Source: a virus
Lineage: Duplodnaviria; Heunggongvirae; Uroviricota; Caudoviricetes
IMG/VR virus record: IMGVR_UViG_3300035680_000003
Length of the DNA stretch: 64,000 bases
Reading direction: 5' to 3' (one strand)
The translations under genes and the position numbers were made by a program. The notes under the pieces were generated by a model. The model saw nothing but the letters and a program-made list of their open reading frames with translations. It was not told the DNA's origin and searched no databases. Every line of letters starts with the position of its first letter. Position 1 is the first letter of the stretch. Shown piece after piece: positions 10,082 to 20,056 of the stretch.

Positions 10082-11095
10082 TTTTTTAGCTCGGTCGGCA
10101 AGGGCAACGCTCGCAAGGTTTTTGCCCTTTGCTTCTACCATAATATCATGGGTATCGAGGAAACTTAATGCCCATTCATTTACTGCGGTGTTCCACATAA
10201 AATTACTGTGGGCTCGCAGTTTCTGCTTTTTGTGTCCGGCTTCTAATAGCTGTGCATAATCGGGCAGTGTTTTCTCACAATGTCCAGGTAGCCATTCTTC
10301 ACGGCTAACAGAATAGTGCATAACGGGTCGAACACCCCGCCAGCTGTCAATCACACGTAGAACTCTATCGTCGGTGGGTTGAATGTAGTCTCCTGTACGG
10401 ACCCAGTGATGGTGTACGTCAAGCACGAGGGCGCAATGTTTTTGCAGCTCAAGGCTGCTTTCGATTCCCCAGGCGTTCTCGTCGTTTTCAATTGTGATGC
10501 AGTTTCTTGCTTCGGGGGTAAGTCTTCCGAGTACATCCTTAATGCCTTGTGGACCTCTTCGACCCGAGATGTGGACGTTGATTTTAAAGTCTTGAAACGA
10601 TTTACCATATCCCATCCAGCGGGCCATATCCACATGATATTCAAACTCCTCTATCGACCTATTTACAATATCATCCGACTCACTTGCCAAGACAGTAAAC
10701 TGACCAGGATGAAAGCTGAGCCTAACGCCGCCCTTGCGAGCCAGATCTCCCACGGCTCGAAATGCTCTTTCGCAATAGGCTCTAACATCGGATAGCCTGT
10801 AAAAGAACTGCCAATCGCGCTGAGTATACACAGGTAGTATATCGCTGCCGAGTCGTACCATTCTAAGATTTTCATCAAGTGCTCCTACACGTTCTACCAG
10901 TTTGCGAACAGCTTCAATGTTACCTTTAGTAAGGTCCCAAAGTTTTTCTTCTGCTACATTCTGGCTCTGTCTATTTAACCACGCAACGGTGGTAGAGCCA
11001 GTATTGTACTTTTTAGCATCGTCATTGGGCTTGATGCCATTAACTTGTGCAGGAGTGTCGATCCATTTGCAGGCAAATCCAATTTGTTTTTTCAT
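10067..11095 (-). CDS. uvdE: UV DNA damage endonuclease UvdE/Uve1 family
   Basis: SFHPGQFTVLAS..INVHISG..ITIENDE..LVLDVHHHW..IMVEAKGK aligns with Bacillus UvdE motifs (SFHPNQFT, INIHIGG, LENDD, FDFHH, IEAKQKD). Confidence 0.75.
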   Translation of the reverse strand: MKKQIGFACKWIDTPAQVNGIKPNDDAKKYNTGSTTVAWLNRQSQNVAEEKLWDLTKGNIEAVRKLVERVGALDENLRMVRLGSDILPVYTQRDWQFFYRLSDVRAYCERAFRAVGDLARKGGVRLSFHPGQFTVLASESDDIVNRSIEEFEYHVDMARWMGYGKSFQDFKINVHISGRRGPQGIKDVLGRLTPEARNCITIENDENAWGIESSLELQKHCALVLDVHHHWVRTGDYIQPTDDRVLRVIDSWRGVRPVMHYSVSREEWLPGHCEKTLPDYAQLLEAGHKKQKLRAHSNFMWNTAVNEWALSFLDTHDIMVEAKGKNLASVALADRAKKLSLL

Positions 11096-11742
11096 GATAT
11101 CAATCTTAAATGAGAGGGCGTTGTTATCCCAATTTCTGGAAAAAAGTTTTTTGTGTAAATGTCAAATGCAATTCCAACCCTTAAATTTCCCTGATAGGGC
11201 AATGTTTCGTGTGGCATAATGCAAGAAAAGAAATGTATGTCTCCTGTTTTATTTGGAATTTTTAAAATGTCTTTACCGTAATACACAGTATCACTAGGTG
11301 CATCACCTTGTAAGAATAAGTTTCCACAGATTGTTTTAAACACATTCTTTTTAAACATGTCATTCTCAATAATCGGAGATGCATGGTGCATGTGTTTTTC
11401 TATTCTTTCTCCTTTTCGGAAAATATTAGCCCACATTTTAACATAGAATTCCTCCCCACCAATGATCTGTTTTGCAGATTCTAAAATCTTTTTAAGCAAC
11501 GGATTTATTTGATTAGGAAGAAAATCAATTAAATTGTAATATTCGTGTCTAGTGGTAATAGAATTAACGGGTGCTTCTTTGTAATGTGACGGACCTAATC
11601 CAATAATTTTACTTTCTAGTTTAACAATACTATCAGTAAGTGCATTACAATAAGTTTGATCTAGTACATTGACCCCGAGGATATTGTTTTTGAAATTCTC
11701 AATGCGGTCTTCGTAGACTATTTGGGTTTGTGCAACGACCAT
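11092..11742 (-). CDS. putative cupin / 2OG-Fe(II) oxygenase-like protein
   Basis: His-rich patch KHMHHAS and a later HxxL...R patch; weak. Confidence 0.3.
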   Translation of the reverse strand: MVVAQTQIVYEDRIENFKNNILGVNVLDQTYCNALTDSIVKLESKIIGLGPSHYKEAPVNSITTRHEYYNLIDFLPNQINPLLKKILESAKQIIGGEEFYVKMWANIFRKGERIEKHMHHASPIIENDMFKKNVFKTICGNLFLQGDAPSDTVYYGKDILKIPNKTGDIHFFSCIMPHETLPYQGNLRVGIAFDIYTKNFFPEIGITTPSHLRLIS

Positions 11743-11893
11743 GAACCATCCTTGTTGTCAATCCATTCGAGGGTGTCGCCTTCTACCCAACCTTGCATAT
11801 TGAGTAGTTCTTGAGGCAACGGCAAAATAAGATCCTTAGTATCGGGATCTTCTTCAAGTATTACTGTCCAAGAATGTTTAGTCATAGTATATT

Positions 11894-12829
11894 TTACACG
11901 ATTGTACGGAAATAGTCAATGGTTCTAACAAGTCCTTGTTCCAAATTGATTTTAGGTTCCCAATCGAGCATAGACTTTGCTACTGAAATATCCGGACGAC
12001 GTTGCTTTGGATCGTCTTGAGGCAAAGGCATTTGAAGGATTTGGCTCTTGCTTCCGGTAAGTTCAATAACTTTATGTGCTAATTCCCACATGGTAAACTC
12101 TCCTGGATTGCCAGTATTGACAGGCCCGATAAAATTATCGTCGGTGTGGTTCATCATTGCCTGCATAGCATCCAAAAGATCATCAACATAGCAGAAACTA
12201 CGAGTTTGCATACCATCACCGTAGATAGTAATGTCTTTGCCTTGTAGTGCTTGAACGATGAAATTACTAACTACTCTGCCATCATTTTGAGCCATTCTTG
12301 GGCCATAAGTGTTGAAAATACGAACAATTTTGGCCTTAACATCGTGAGTACGGTAGTAGTCCATAAACAGTGTTTCTGCGGCACGTTTACCCTCATCGTA
12401 GCAACTACGGATACCAATTGGATTTACATTGCCCCAATATGATTCCGGTTGTGGATGTACAGTTGGGTCACCGTAGCATTCACTGGTACTTGCCTGTAGA
12501 ATCTTAGCACCAGTACGTTTGGCCAAACCTAGCATATTGTAGGCACCTAGCACACTGGTTTTCATTGTTTGGATAGGATCCCATTGATAATAATATGGAC
12601 TTGCAGGGCAAGCCAAATTATAAATCTCATCAACTTCTACATATAATGGAAAGCAAACATCTTGTCGGATGACTTCAAAATTCTTGTTATCTAATAAATG
12701 AGCAATATTGTTTTTGCTACCTGTAAAATAATTGTCCACACAAAGAACATGGTGTCCTTCGTTGACAAGCCGATCACATAAATGTGAACCTAAAAATCCT
12801 GCGCCGCCTGTTACTAATACTTTTTTCAT
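11894..12829 (-). CDS. uxs: UDP-glucuronate decarboxylase (UDP-xylose synthase), extended SDR
   Basis: [14 protein letters not shown]...[49 protein letters not shown] match human and bacterial UXS1 block for block. Confidence 0.85.
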   Translation of the reverse strand: MKKVLVTGGAGFLGSHLCDRLVNEGHHVLCVDNYFTGSKNNIAHLLDNKNFEVIRQDVCFPLYVEVDEIYNLACPASPYYYQWDPIQTMKTSVLGAYNMLGLAKRTGAKILQASTSECYGDPTVHPQPESYWGNVNPIGIRSCYDEGKRAAETLFMDYYRTHDVKAKIVRIFNTYGPRMAQNDGRVVSNFIVQALQGKDITIYGDGMQTRSFCYVDDLLDAMQAMMNHTDDNFIGPVNTGNPGEFTMWELAHKVIELTGSKSQILQMPLPQDDPKQRRPDISVAKSMLDWEPKINLEQGLVRTIDYFRTIV

Positions 12830-13308
12830 TTGTTTCCTTTAATTAAATTAGGTGAGTACTGTGGCAATACATTACTAACTTCTGTTTCTTTTTTATTTTC
12901 TAGTTTAACGGTTCTATCTCTAAGTTCGCTAGAACTATAAACATGTTCTCTTTTATGATAGTGTAATTCTATACCGTTGTCAATACACCATTGCTTGCCT
13001 GTAAAATCTCTATTTAGATATTCGTCACTGAGAAACCGAATATGAATAGTCTGTGTCTTAAGTAATTGTAACAGATCGAATTCGGTTTCGTATATTAAAA
13101 TTTCATCCACATATTTGCAGGCCTGTAATTGCACATATCTTTCATAGGCACTTTGAACAGGTTTATTTTTAACTCCAGGTCTATCTATTGAAGGATCAAT
13201 TTGAAGTGCAACAACAAGATAATCGCATAACTGTTTCTCCATTTTAAGCATGGTTACATGACCTGCATGTAACAGATCAAAACTACTACAGTTAAATCCT
13301 ATCTTCAT
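12826..13308 (-). CDS. cytidylyltransferase-like nucleotidyltransferase (second copy)
   Basis: [18 protein letters not shown] HxGH motif; paralog of 543..1007; 4-nt overlap with UXS suggests coupling. Confidence 0.65.
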   Translation of the reverse strand: MKIGFNCSSFDLLHAGHVTMLKMEKQLCDYLVVALQIDPSIDRPGVKNKPVQSAYERYVQLQACKYVDEILIYETEFDLLQLLKTQTIHIRFLSDEYLNRDFTGKQWCIDNGIELHYHKREHVYSSSELRDRTVKLENKKETEVSNVLPQYSPNLIKGNK

Positions 13309-13440
13309 TCTGCGTCCTTTGGCGCTACAATTCCATATTGTTCATACATCCATTTAATAAATCTTTCAATTTCTTTACTTGGGTATGGATACGCTTTGTA
13401 TGCTATGGTTACTCTTTCTAACCAATCTTTATCTGTCATG

Positions 13441-13614
13441 TTAGTTCCAGTGCCTTAATACACCTGCTACTATAAAGCAGTTTGTTATTATGTATGATAG
13501 CACAATAAATGTGCGAAAGCAAGCAATTAGATCTGATTCCGAATCTGTATTGCCTGCTTTTTCTCCAAGGGCCTTAGCCCATAGTCTCCAAATGTTACGC
13601 AAATAGGTCTTCAT
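13441..13614 (-). CDS. possible small membrane protein (shortened version of track ORF 13441..13758)
   Basis: C-terminal hydrophobic segment FIVLSYIITNCFIVAGVL; the long form overlaps the PTPS gene, so only the internal-Met form is plausible. Confidence 0.2.
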   Translation of the reverse strand: MKTYLRNIWRLWAKALGEKAGNTDSESDLIACFRTFIVLSYIITNCFIVAGVLRHWN

Positions 13615-14101
13615 TCCATTCACGATGTCCTTCACGGAACGCCATATTGGCCTGTGTTTCGCGTACTTCCACACGATAGCACCAAAGTCTTGCCGCTTCG
13701 CCCGGTCCCCACATCTCTGGAATGTAAACGCCGTTGACATATTTGTAGAGCATGTCACTTAATGCTTCACAACCGAGTGCTGGTAGAATGACAATCTTAG
13801 CCATGTTCTTTTCTTGTAGCATTTTGAATACTTCCATTTGAGGATCGTCTTGTGCAACAATTAAAGTATGATCGAATTGATCCTCTAATGTTTTCTTTAG
13901 TTCTTTTAAACCACCATAGTCAGCCGCCCAATTGCGGACATCTAGGTCGTTGGTGCCAAAGTAGAATTTCATGCTAAATGAATAGCCGTGAATTAGATTA
14001 CAATGACTATCACTGCGCCATTGGCGGTATGCACAGGGAAATGCATCGTGATATTCTTTTGTGCTTGTGTACTTGTATAGTACGGGTTGTAGATTTGCCA
14101 T
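13595..14101 (-). CDS. 6-pyruvoyl-tetrahydropterin synthase / QueD-like
   Basis: HCNLIHGYSF approximates the PTPS CxxxHGH zinc motif; size 168 aa. Confidence 0.5.
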   Translation of the reverse strand: MANLQPVLYKYTSTKEYHDAFPCAYRQWRSDSHCNLIHGYSFSMKFYFGTNDLDVRNWAADYGGLKELKKTLEDQFDHTLIVAQDDPQMEVFKMLQEKNMAKIVILPALGCEALSDMLYKYVNGVYIPEMWGPGEAARLWCYRVEVRETQANMAFREGHREWNEDLFA

Positions 14102-14201
14102 CTCTAGTCTCCTTTGTAAGGTAGCAAGTTTGACGACATGCAGAGTTTATAAAGCGGGATGAATGTGCGTGAAAGTCCGCTGCCTACTATTTATTATAGG
14201 C

Positions 14202-14786
14202 TTATCGACGTGAAACAATTTTGTCGCAAAGACCATAAGCCAGTGCTTCATCTGCGCTCATAAATGTATCTCGATCCATATCACGCTCAAAATCGGCATA
14301 GCTTTTACCGGCGGTATTGTGTTCAACATACAATTTGGTTAACATGGTTTTCATTTGTGTGATTTCTTTGTATTGAATTTCAATATCACTCTGCATACCA
14401 CGAGCACCACCACTAGGCTGATGAATCATGTGACGAGCATGTGGCAACATAAAACGTTTACCTGGATGTCCTGCCTGTGCTAGGAAACTACCCATTGAAC
14501 AAGCCTGACCCATAACATAGGTACACACATTTGGTTTGACAAACTGCATAACGTCATAGATAGCCATGCCACTTGTAATTACACCGCCTGGACTATTAAT
14601 GTAAAAGTGAATATCCTTTTCGCTGTCTGAACTTTCCAAATGTAGGATCTGTGCTACAATTAGATTACTACTGTGATCATCGACTGGTCCATTCAAGAAC
14701 ACAATACGCTCATTAAGCAAGCGGCTAAAAATATCAAAGGCTCTTTCGCCTTGTCCGGTCTTCTCGACCACCATTGGTACTAACAT
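14202..14786 (-). CDS. clpP: ATP-dependent Clp protease proteolytic subunit ClpP
   Basis: [10 protein letters not shown] (catalytic Ser), HARHMIHQP (His) and a ClpP-typical length of 194 aa. Confidence 0.85.
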   Translation of the reverse strand: MLVPMVVEKTGQGERAFDIFSRLLNERIVFLNGPVDDHSSNLIVAQILHLESSDSEKDIHFYINSPGGVITSGMAIYDVMQFVKPNVCTYVMGQACSMGSFLAQAGHPGKRFMLPHARHMIHQPSGGARGMQSDIEIQYKEITQMKTMLTKLYVEHNTAGKSYADFERDMDRDTFMSADEALAYGLCDKIVSRR

Positions 14787-15211
14787 TATTTGTATGCCTT
14801 ATCAAGTGTTGTATTAGTCAGGCCAGCAATGACCTGGAAATTGTCCCACGCTTTTTTCACTGCGGGATTGCGATCTAGTTCTTCACTAGGTAAAACTGTT
14901 TCGAGCCATATTTCTGATCGACGAGCAGGATGTCTGCCAAACTTGCGAGGTTGGTGCAGTTTTCCATCTTCCCACAACATGATGCTGACACTACGGAACT
15001 TGTCCTCGTCGTCTTTATTGTTAAAGTCATAGTGACTCCACTCGGCATGGCTTGCACCTCCGAGGCAGTAGCCTTCCCAGATACCTGACCATTGTAGGTC
15101 ATCTCGCGGGTCAAAATCTGTACGAGTAATTACTACCAGTACATCTTCTATGTCTACACGTTCTTCAACAATATCAAGAACGCAACGACTGTAACTTAGA
15201 CCGACTTTCAT
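14786..15211 (-). CDS. hypothetical protein
   Basis: 141 aa, translationally coupled to clpP. Confidence 0.4.
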   Translation of the reverse strand: MKVGLSYSRCVLDIVEERVDIEDVLVVITRTDFDPRDDLQWSGIWEGYCLGGASHAEWSHYDFNNKDDEDKFRSVSIMLWEDGKLHQPRKFGRHPARRSEIWLETVLPSEELDRNPAVKKAWDNFQVIAGLTNTTLDKAYK

Positions 15212-15417
15212 TCTTTAACTCCGAAATATTGTTTCATGTACCACCCTACAGATACACTAGGATCGTATTGCTCGTATCCCTGTTCTTTCAATTCACCAAT
15301 CTGAGCACATTTGCAAATAATCAATTCGGCAAACTTTTCGGCGTGTTCGATGCCCATCCATTTACCGCTCGTATCAGTTCCAGCCTGTTTCATAAGTGTT
15401 TCAATTTGTTCTCTCAT
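15208..15417 (-). CDS. hypothetical protein
   Basis: 69-aa ORF. Confidence 0.3.
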   Translation of the reverse strand: MREQIETLMKQAGTDTSGKWMGIEHAEKFAELIICKCAQIGELKEQGYEQYDPSVSVGWYMKQYFGVKE

Positions 15418-15839
15418 TCTTTAAATCTTTCTGCATAACGGGCATCTGATTCTGCCCTGTGTGTAGGACACAATGTTTTAATCCAACCTTTACCACCTGC
15501 TGTGCCAGGAGCACCGCAAGTTTCACAACTCTTGTCAGCCCATGCTTCTGCCATACGTACCATACCACTAATTTGATCGTCGCCACCTTGATAGTAGAAC
15601 CGCAATCCGCCAAACTTTTCTTTGATCTGTTCTACTACTACCTGTTCAATAACAGGGCGAGTTTCGCGGTTCTTATTCCACCAGTCAGTGTGGCTTTGGA
15701 TATTGGCACATAGGCTTTCGATAATAGGCCACCATCCTTCACCTACAGCAAACCCACCGTAGGATTGTGAGAACATCTTTGGATACTTCTCTTCCATGCT
15801 TTTGGCAAATGCTTCGTACTTGTCTATATCACGATTCAT
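15414..15839 (-). CDS. hypothetical protein with C-terminal Cys cluster (CETCG...CPTH)
   Basis: possible zinc ribbon. Confidence 0.4.
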   Translation of the reverse strand: MNRDIDKYEAFAKSMEEKYPKMFSQSYGGFAVGEGWWPIIESLCANIQSHTDWWNKNRETRPVIEQVVVEQIKEKFGGLRFYYQGGDDQISGMVRMAEAWADKSCETCGAPGTAGGKGWIKTLCPTHRAESDARYAERFKE

Positions 15840-16074
15840 TTTCTTTATCCTGTTCGTAGGCTTTTACCATTCGATATAACGGTTCCATGCGTTCAGAAAA
15901 TACATCGGGGCAATTTTCAGCAGCTCGTTTCATATCCCACGCACTGGGATAATGTCTAAGACAATACCTAGCATTATCCTTAATGGCTTTAGGAACTCGA
16001 GGAGTATTAAGAATTTCTACTAAAAACTCTTGAGTCCTTACTACTGCTCGATATCTTTCATCAGGTAATGTCAC
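15829..16074 (-). CDS. hypothetical protein
   Basis: 81-aa ORF. Confidence 0.35.
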   Translation of the reverse strand: MTLPDERYRAVVRTQEFLVEILNTPRVPKAIKDNARYCLRHYPSAWDMKRAAENCPDVFSERMEPLYRMVKAYEQDKENES

Positions 16075-16624
16075 GACTGGCCTTCCATTGATCGGCCTTG
16101 TCCTTCATACCTTCTGGGTCACGCTTGTAGTCTTCAAGCACTGCTCGAAGAGCTTCTTCTATGAACTGGTTAAATGTCATATCACGTTCGTGTGCTAGCT
16201 TCATATATTTTAACAGCTCTTCGTCTGTAAAGTCTACAGGAACACTAACACGAGTATCATAATCCTCGCCTGCGGCAATGGCCAGAGCCTTTTGCATAAA
16301 GTCGTCATCGGCCTCGAGATCTACATAGTTGACATCTTCCCAGGCCTCATCCGGCACCCTGCGATTAGCAGTTTCTTTTGCATGAGCCGAGGCATAGTCG
16401 GAATTGATCATACGGTAGGCTCGACCGTTACGGAAGTCGTGTGCCTCTACTTGATAAACTTCTTGAGTCTTAGTATCAAAGGTGATAGTAAAACTATGAC
16501 CCTCTTGGTCACCATTCCAACTGTCGAGTTGATACACGTCATCTCCAAAACACCTCCACCCATAGGTGCTACCTTCGGTAATACGGTAATCGACAAGTTC
16601 CATCCATTCTTTAACTGTTAGCAT
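16061..16624 (-). CDS. hypothetical protein
   Basis: 187-aa ORF. Confidence 0.4.
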   Translation of the reverse strand: MLTVKEWMELVDYRITEGSTYGWRCFGDDVYQLDSWNGDQEGHSFTITFDTKTQEVYQVEAHDFRNGRAYRMINSDYASAHAKETANRRVPDEAWEDVNYVDLEADDDFMQKALAIAAGEDYDTRVSVPVDFTDEELLKYMKLAHERDMTFNQFIEEALRAVLEDYKRDPEGMKDKADQWKASRDIT

Positions 16625-17222
16625 TTTGCGGTTCCTTAGTTAGTTCGCACATTAAAATAAAATGTTCGTAGGCTTTACGAACTGCTTCATTAGAGTATAG
16701 CATCTTTGCTTCTTCTTGTAAAGCCTTTACACCAGCTTCGGCAATTTCTCTGGCACTGGGGATTTCCACATAGTAGCGGTCGTCACCGAATGCCTTGGCC
16801 ATTGCTTCCCAAGCCTTCTTCTGCTTTTCAGTAATGGGCCTATTGTGTGGGCGCATCTCGCTAGCCTGCACCACTGCCTTACTAATAGCATCTTCAGCCA
16901 CTCGGCTGGCCGCAATCAGCCCTGCATAATCCGGGTTGATATTAAAGCGGCGACTAGTGCCCCCAGGATAACACATAACCAAATGAGTACCCTTCGTATA
17001 ACTATCCATAAAATCGCTGTCGTACTCGGCGACAGGAACATATCTGCGGCCCTTTTTCTCATAGTATATCTTCTTGGTCATTTTGTAATCCGTTGCTGTG
17101 TCGGTCTGTAGTTTTTTCAACATCTTGGAATAGACGTTTTTCTTGTGCTGTAAGACTGTCTTTGTGGATATGTCGAGGATTCCCGCACATAGCACAACCT
17201 GGTCTGCCACAATCCATTGCAT
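16611..17222 (-). CDS. hypothetical protein
   Basis: 203-aa ORF. Confidence 0.4.
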   Translation of the reverse strand: MQWIVADQVVLCAGILDISTKTVLQHKKNVYSKMLKKLQTDTATDYKMTKKIYYEKKGRRYVPVAEYDSDFMDSYTKGTHLVMCYPGGTSRRFNINPDYAGLIAASRVAEDAISKAVVQASEMRPHNRPITEKQKKAWEAMAKAFGDDRYYVEIPSAREIAEAGVKALQEEAKMLYSNEAVRKAYEHFILMCELTKEPQNANS

Positions 17223-17373
17223 GATGCTTGGCCAAACGATGTGGCTCTTTTAGCACTTTGTTTTCATCAGCAAATGAATTGTGTTGTTTGGCAATTTTAA
17301 GTTGCTTCTTTACTGCTGTTTCATCTTTAAAACGTCTGCGGCTATTCAAATACTTTGCTTGTTCATTGGCCAT
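17059..17373 (-). CDS. hypothetical protein with CGRPGCAMCG zinc-ribbon-like motif
   Basis: 104 aa; overlaps the previous ORF, so the start is uncertain. Confidence 0.3.
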   Translation of the reverse strand: MANEQAKYLNSRRRFKDETAVKKQLKIAKQHNSFADENKVLKEPHRLAKHHAMDCGRPGCAMCGNPRHIHKDSLTAQEKRLFQDVEKTTDRHSNGLQNDQEDIL

Positions 17374-17382
17374 TATAACCTC

Positions 17383-17583
17383 TTATGTTGTTATTTTAGA
17401 AGATTGACGTTTTCGGCACTCCTCTCTAACCTTAGGAGGAATATCGGGATGCCATTCTGCCATTCCGCAGTCATATACTCGTTGCTGAGGTAAACTGTTT
17501 CCAAAAACTATAAGTCCAAACATTGCTAGAGATAACCCTACAACGATCATAGACAATCCGATCATTTGTAGAGTTTGCTTCAT
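17383..17583 (-). CDS. small membrane protein
   Basis: hydrophobic helix IGLSMIVVGLSLAMFGLIVF. Confidence 0.35.
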   Translation of the reverse strand: MKQTLQMIGLSMIVVGLSLAMFGLIVFGNSLPQQRVYDCGMAEWHPDIPPKVREECRKRQSSKITT

Positions 17584-18800
17584 TTGTATACCTTTAGGAT
17601 AACAGTATCTTCACTGAACCGGCCGTTGAGTTGAGTCTCTGTAGTTTTAACACTCTTAGCAAACCAAGTCTCAAAACGCTTCTGTGTATTCTGCTCTTTG
17701 AACTCTTTGATCTGCTCTGGCGGCTTACGCAGGGTCTTCTGAACACTCTTGTCAGTAAAGCCAGTTAGTGTGGTGCCTTTTACACCAAGTCCAACACTGC
17801 TGGTAGCAATGTAGTAACCGATCTTACGAGTCTTTACATTGAACACTGCTACACCACTTGCACCAATAATAGTAGCAGGCGGAGCACTGGTAATGCCAAG
17901 TTTAGTGTCGCTCAACATGAACTTGAGTTTAGCAACAATCTGTTCTGCAGGCTTGACCTTGGCAGCACGAGGCTTCTTCATAACCTTCTGTTCAGCCGCA
18001 ATCTGCTCACATGCAGCCATAATGCTTTCGTAGAACTCGATCAGCTTCTTGACATTCTTACGTGGCAGGTGCTTGTAACCCTCACGAAGTTGCTCATCTG
18101 CGTTACCGCTAGCCAACTCCATCAGTTCATCGTGACCTCGCTGGAAGTAACCTTTGATGATACGACTGTGAGCTGCCTTGGCACCCTTGCCTTTGAGCAA
18201 GTTCACAACCTTAATGTCTTTAGGGTTAAACGCTTCTGGGTCTACGATAAAGCTGTCAATGGCTGCATCAATTTCCTCACTCATACCACCTGCGGCTTCA
18301 CGCAGACGATCTTGAATAGTAGGAACATATACATCAGCAGTCTTTACACTTTTAACAGAGTCGTCGCTCTCAACTTCGTCATCCGCACCTTGCTCGATTA
18401 CTTTGGAAATTTCTTTGCCCAACCAAGTTGCAGTGTCACGCCCATTGTTAAACCCTGAATGAGTTGATGGCATACCTCGGAGCAAGCAAGCGGCTACTGC
18501 ACCCATAGTAGTACCACAGCGGCTGTCTTTAGTATCTTTAAATGCTTTAATAGTAGACTTGTCGTAGCCGTTAGCACCCATCCAGTTAATAACTGAGGGC
18601 TTCAATTCTTTAGCAGACTTCTCCAAACGATACCAAGCCATTGCACCATGGAAGTGACGCATGAATTGATTGTCGCTCCACGATTCTGCACCATCCCACT
18701 TTGGGCTATAGTCGCGCTTGGCATTCTCACGGATGCTTACGCTAGTGATCTTTTCTTTTTTAACTTTGGGTTTAATCTTAATGCCTGCGACTGTAGCCAT
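17580..18800 (-). CDS. hypothetical protein (406 aa, Lys-rich)
   Basis: preceded by a sigma70-consensus promoter at 18832-18860. Confidence 0.45.
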   Translation of the reverse strand: MATVAGIKIKPKVKKEKITSVSIRENAKRDYSPKWDGAESWSDNQFMRHFHGAMAWYRLEKSAKELKPSVINWMGANGYDKSTIKAFKDTKDSRCGTTMGAVAACLLRGMPSTHSGFNNGRDTATWLGKEISKVIEQGADDEVESDDSVKSVKTADVYVPTIQDRLREAAGGMSEEIDAAIDSFIVDPEAFNPKDIKVVNLLKGKGAKAAHSRIIKGYFQRGHDELMELASGNADEQLREGYKHLPRKNVKKLIEFYESIMAACEQIAAEQKVMKKPRAAKVKPAEQIVAKLKFMLSDTKLGITSAPPATIIGASGVAVFNVKTRKIGYYIATSSVGLGVKGTTLTGFTDKSVQKTLRKPPEQIKEFKEQNTQKRFETWFAKSVKTTETQLNGRFSEDTVILKVYK

Positions 18801-18831
18801 TTTGTGCTCCTTGCTGTTTCAGTATAGTTAT

Positions 18832-18860
18832 ATTATACAGCCAGAACGGCTGTAAGTCAA
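18832..18860 (-). promoter_or_regulatory. sigma70 consensus-like promoter (TTGACT-17-TATAAT)
   Basis: minus strand TTGACTtacagccgttctggctgTATAAT, 25 nt upstream of the 17580..18800 start. Confidence 0.55.
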
Positions 18861-19135
18861 GAGTCGGTAATACCAGTTTTGTCCAAATATTCCGAGTATT
18901 TCAACAGGAACATAGTACGCTTTGGCTCGTTGTAAAAGTCCAAATAGATTGACTCTTTTAGATACTTATGTCCAAAATCTGGATCCATCTTCCATACCCT
19001 GTGGGTTCTGCTAGTAAAACCTAAAACCGATTTCATCTTATTTCGAATTAGTAATACACTAGGCGGGTAATCCTGAGCTATTTGATTATAGATTTTAAGC
19101 CATTGTGCCTCGGACAACACTATAGATCTGCTCAT
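18857..19135 (-). CDS. hypothetical protein
   Basis: 92-aa ORF. Confidence 0.35.
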   Translation of the reverse strand: MSRSIVLSEAQWLKIYNQIAQDYPPSVLLIRNKMKSVLGFTSRTHRVWKMDPDFGHKYLKESIYLDFYNEPKRTMFLLKYSEYLDKTGITDS

Positions 19136-19674
19136 TAGAACTCATTATTTTGATCCACGACTATCCAACCAAGTCGTTTTAGGTCTTCTTGAATTTCGGC
19201 AGTGACAACACTTTCCGGAACATACCCGTTTGGGAAGGCTATGTTTATTTTTGGATCATAATTGTTGTCGTTTCGAATGCCACTACAATACCAATCGATG
19301 TAGTCTCCTTCTTGTAGCATATCTGCCACAATTCCACCAGCACGTCTCCAAGAAGCGCCCCAAGTTTGATTCTTGAGAATGGGCATAACGTCTAACTTTT
19401 GGAAGTCATTGTTGCAGATTGCGGCGTAGAGATTTTGAGCATATACATCACTTGTCCGTACCTTTTCCAAAATCCATTCAGTACTACGGAGATCGTACTC
19501 CATGTTATCCTTTTGCCATTCTGGATCAACCATATTTTCTTCATCCTGTTGTCGTGCAGATTTGTAAAGATTAAGGTAATCTTCACTCGGCACTTTACCT
19601 TCTTCTTCACAGCGTTTTATATACCCTTCGGCTTGAAAAGTATGTCGTTCAGGACTGCTTGAAACTTTAGTCAT
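19135..19674 (-). CDS. hypothetical protein
   Basis: 179-aa ORF. Confidence 0.4.
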   Translation of the reverse strand: MTKVSSSPERHTFQAEGYIKRCEEEGKVPSEDYLNLYKSARQQDEENMVDPEWQKDNMEYDLRSTEWILEKVRTSDVYAQNLYAAICNNDFQKLDVMPILKNQTWGASWRRAGGIVADMLQEGDYIDWYCSGIRNDNNYDPKINIAFPNGYVPESVVTAEIQEDLKRLGWIVVDQNNEF

Positions 19675-19925
19675 TGCAGATTTCGTTTGTCAGCTTCACC
19701 GAAGTCCTCGGCAAACATGCGGAGTTCTTCATCGCTAAGTTCATCAATAGGGACTGCTTTGTCGAACAATTCTCCACTTTGGATCAGTTGTCCAATTTCA
19801 GCCATCAACTCATCGAGCTCTTCCTGGGAACCTTCAAAGCTGTCGAAACAGCCAGGTGCAAATACAACTTTGAGCTCTTTGCGCTCTTCTGGAGTCATAT
19901 CTTGAGGAGTTTTCTTTTCAGTCAT
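19671..19925 (-). CDS. acidic hypothetical protein
   Basis: 84 aa, rich in E and D. Confidence 0.35.
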   Translation of the reverse strand: MTEKKTPQDMTPEERKELKVVFAPGCFDSFEGSQEELDELMAEIGQLIQSGELFDKAVPIDELSDEELRMFAEDFGEADKRNLQ

Positions 19926-20056
19926 TATTTTCTTTCGGAGTTAAGGGTCGATTGTTACAATAAAAACATTCACGGTCGTTACAAATATCTTCTAACCATT
20001 CATTGCAGGTTTCGCAATAGTGAGCATCATACTCTTTCGAGTACGATTTTATGCAA

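Noticed and set aside
10351-11219. Plus- and minus-strand ORFs overlapping the UvdE gene (10351..10644, 10379..10795, 10663..10878, 10902..11219)
   Set aside because: They are fully embedded in or antisense to a well-supported UvdE reading frame.
14175-14230. Possible T4-style middle (MotA-box-like TTGTTTCA 12 bp upstream of TATAAT) promoter between clpP and the PTPS gene
   Set aside because: Only one instance was seen and the box deviates from the T4 consensus TGCTT. It is not enough to call a promoter class.
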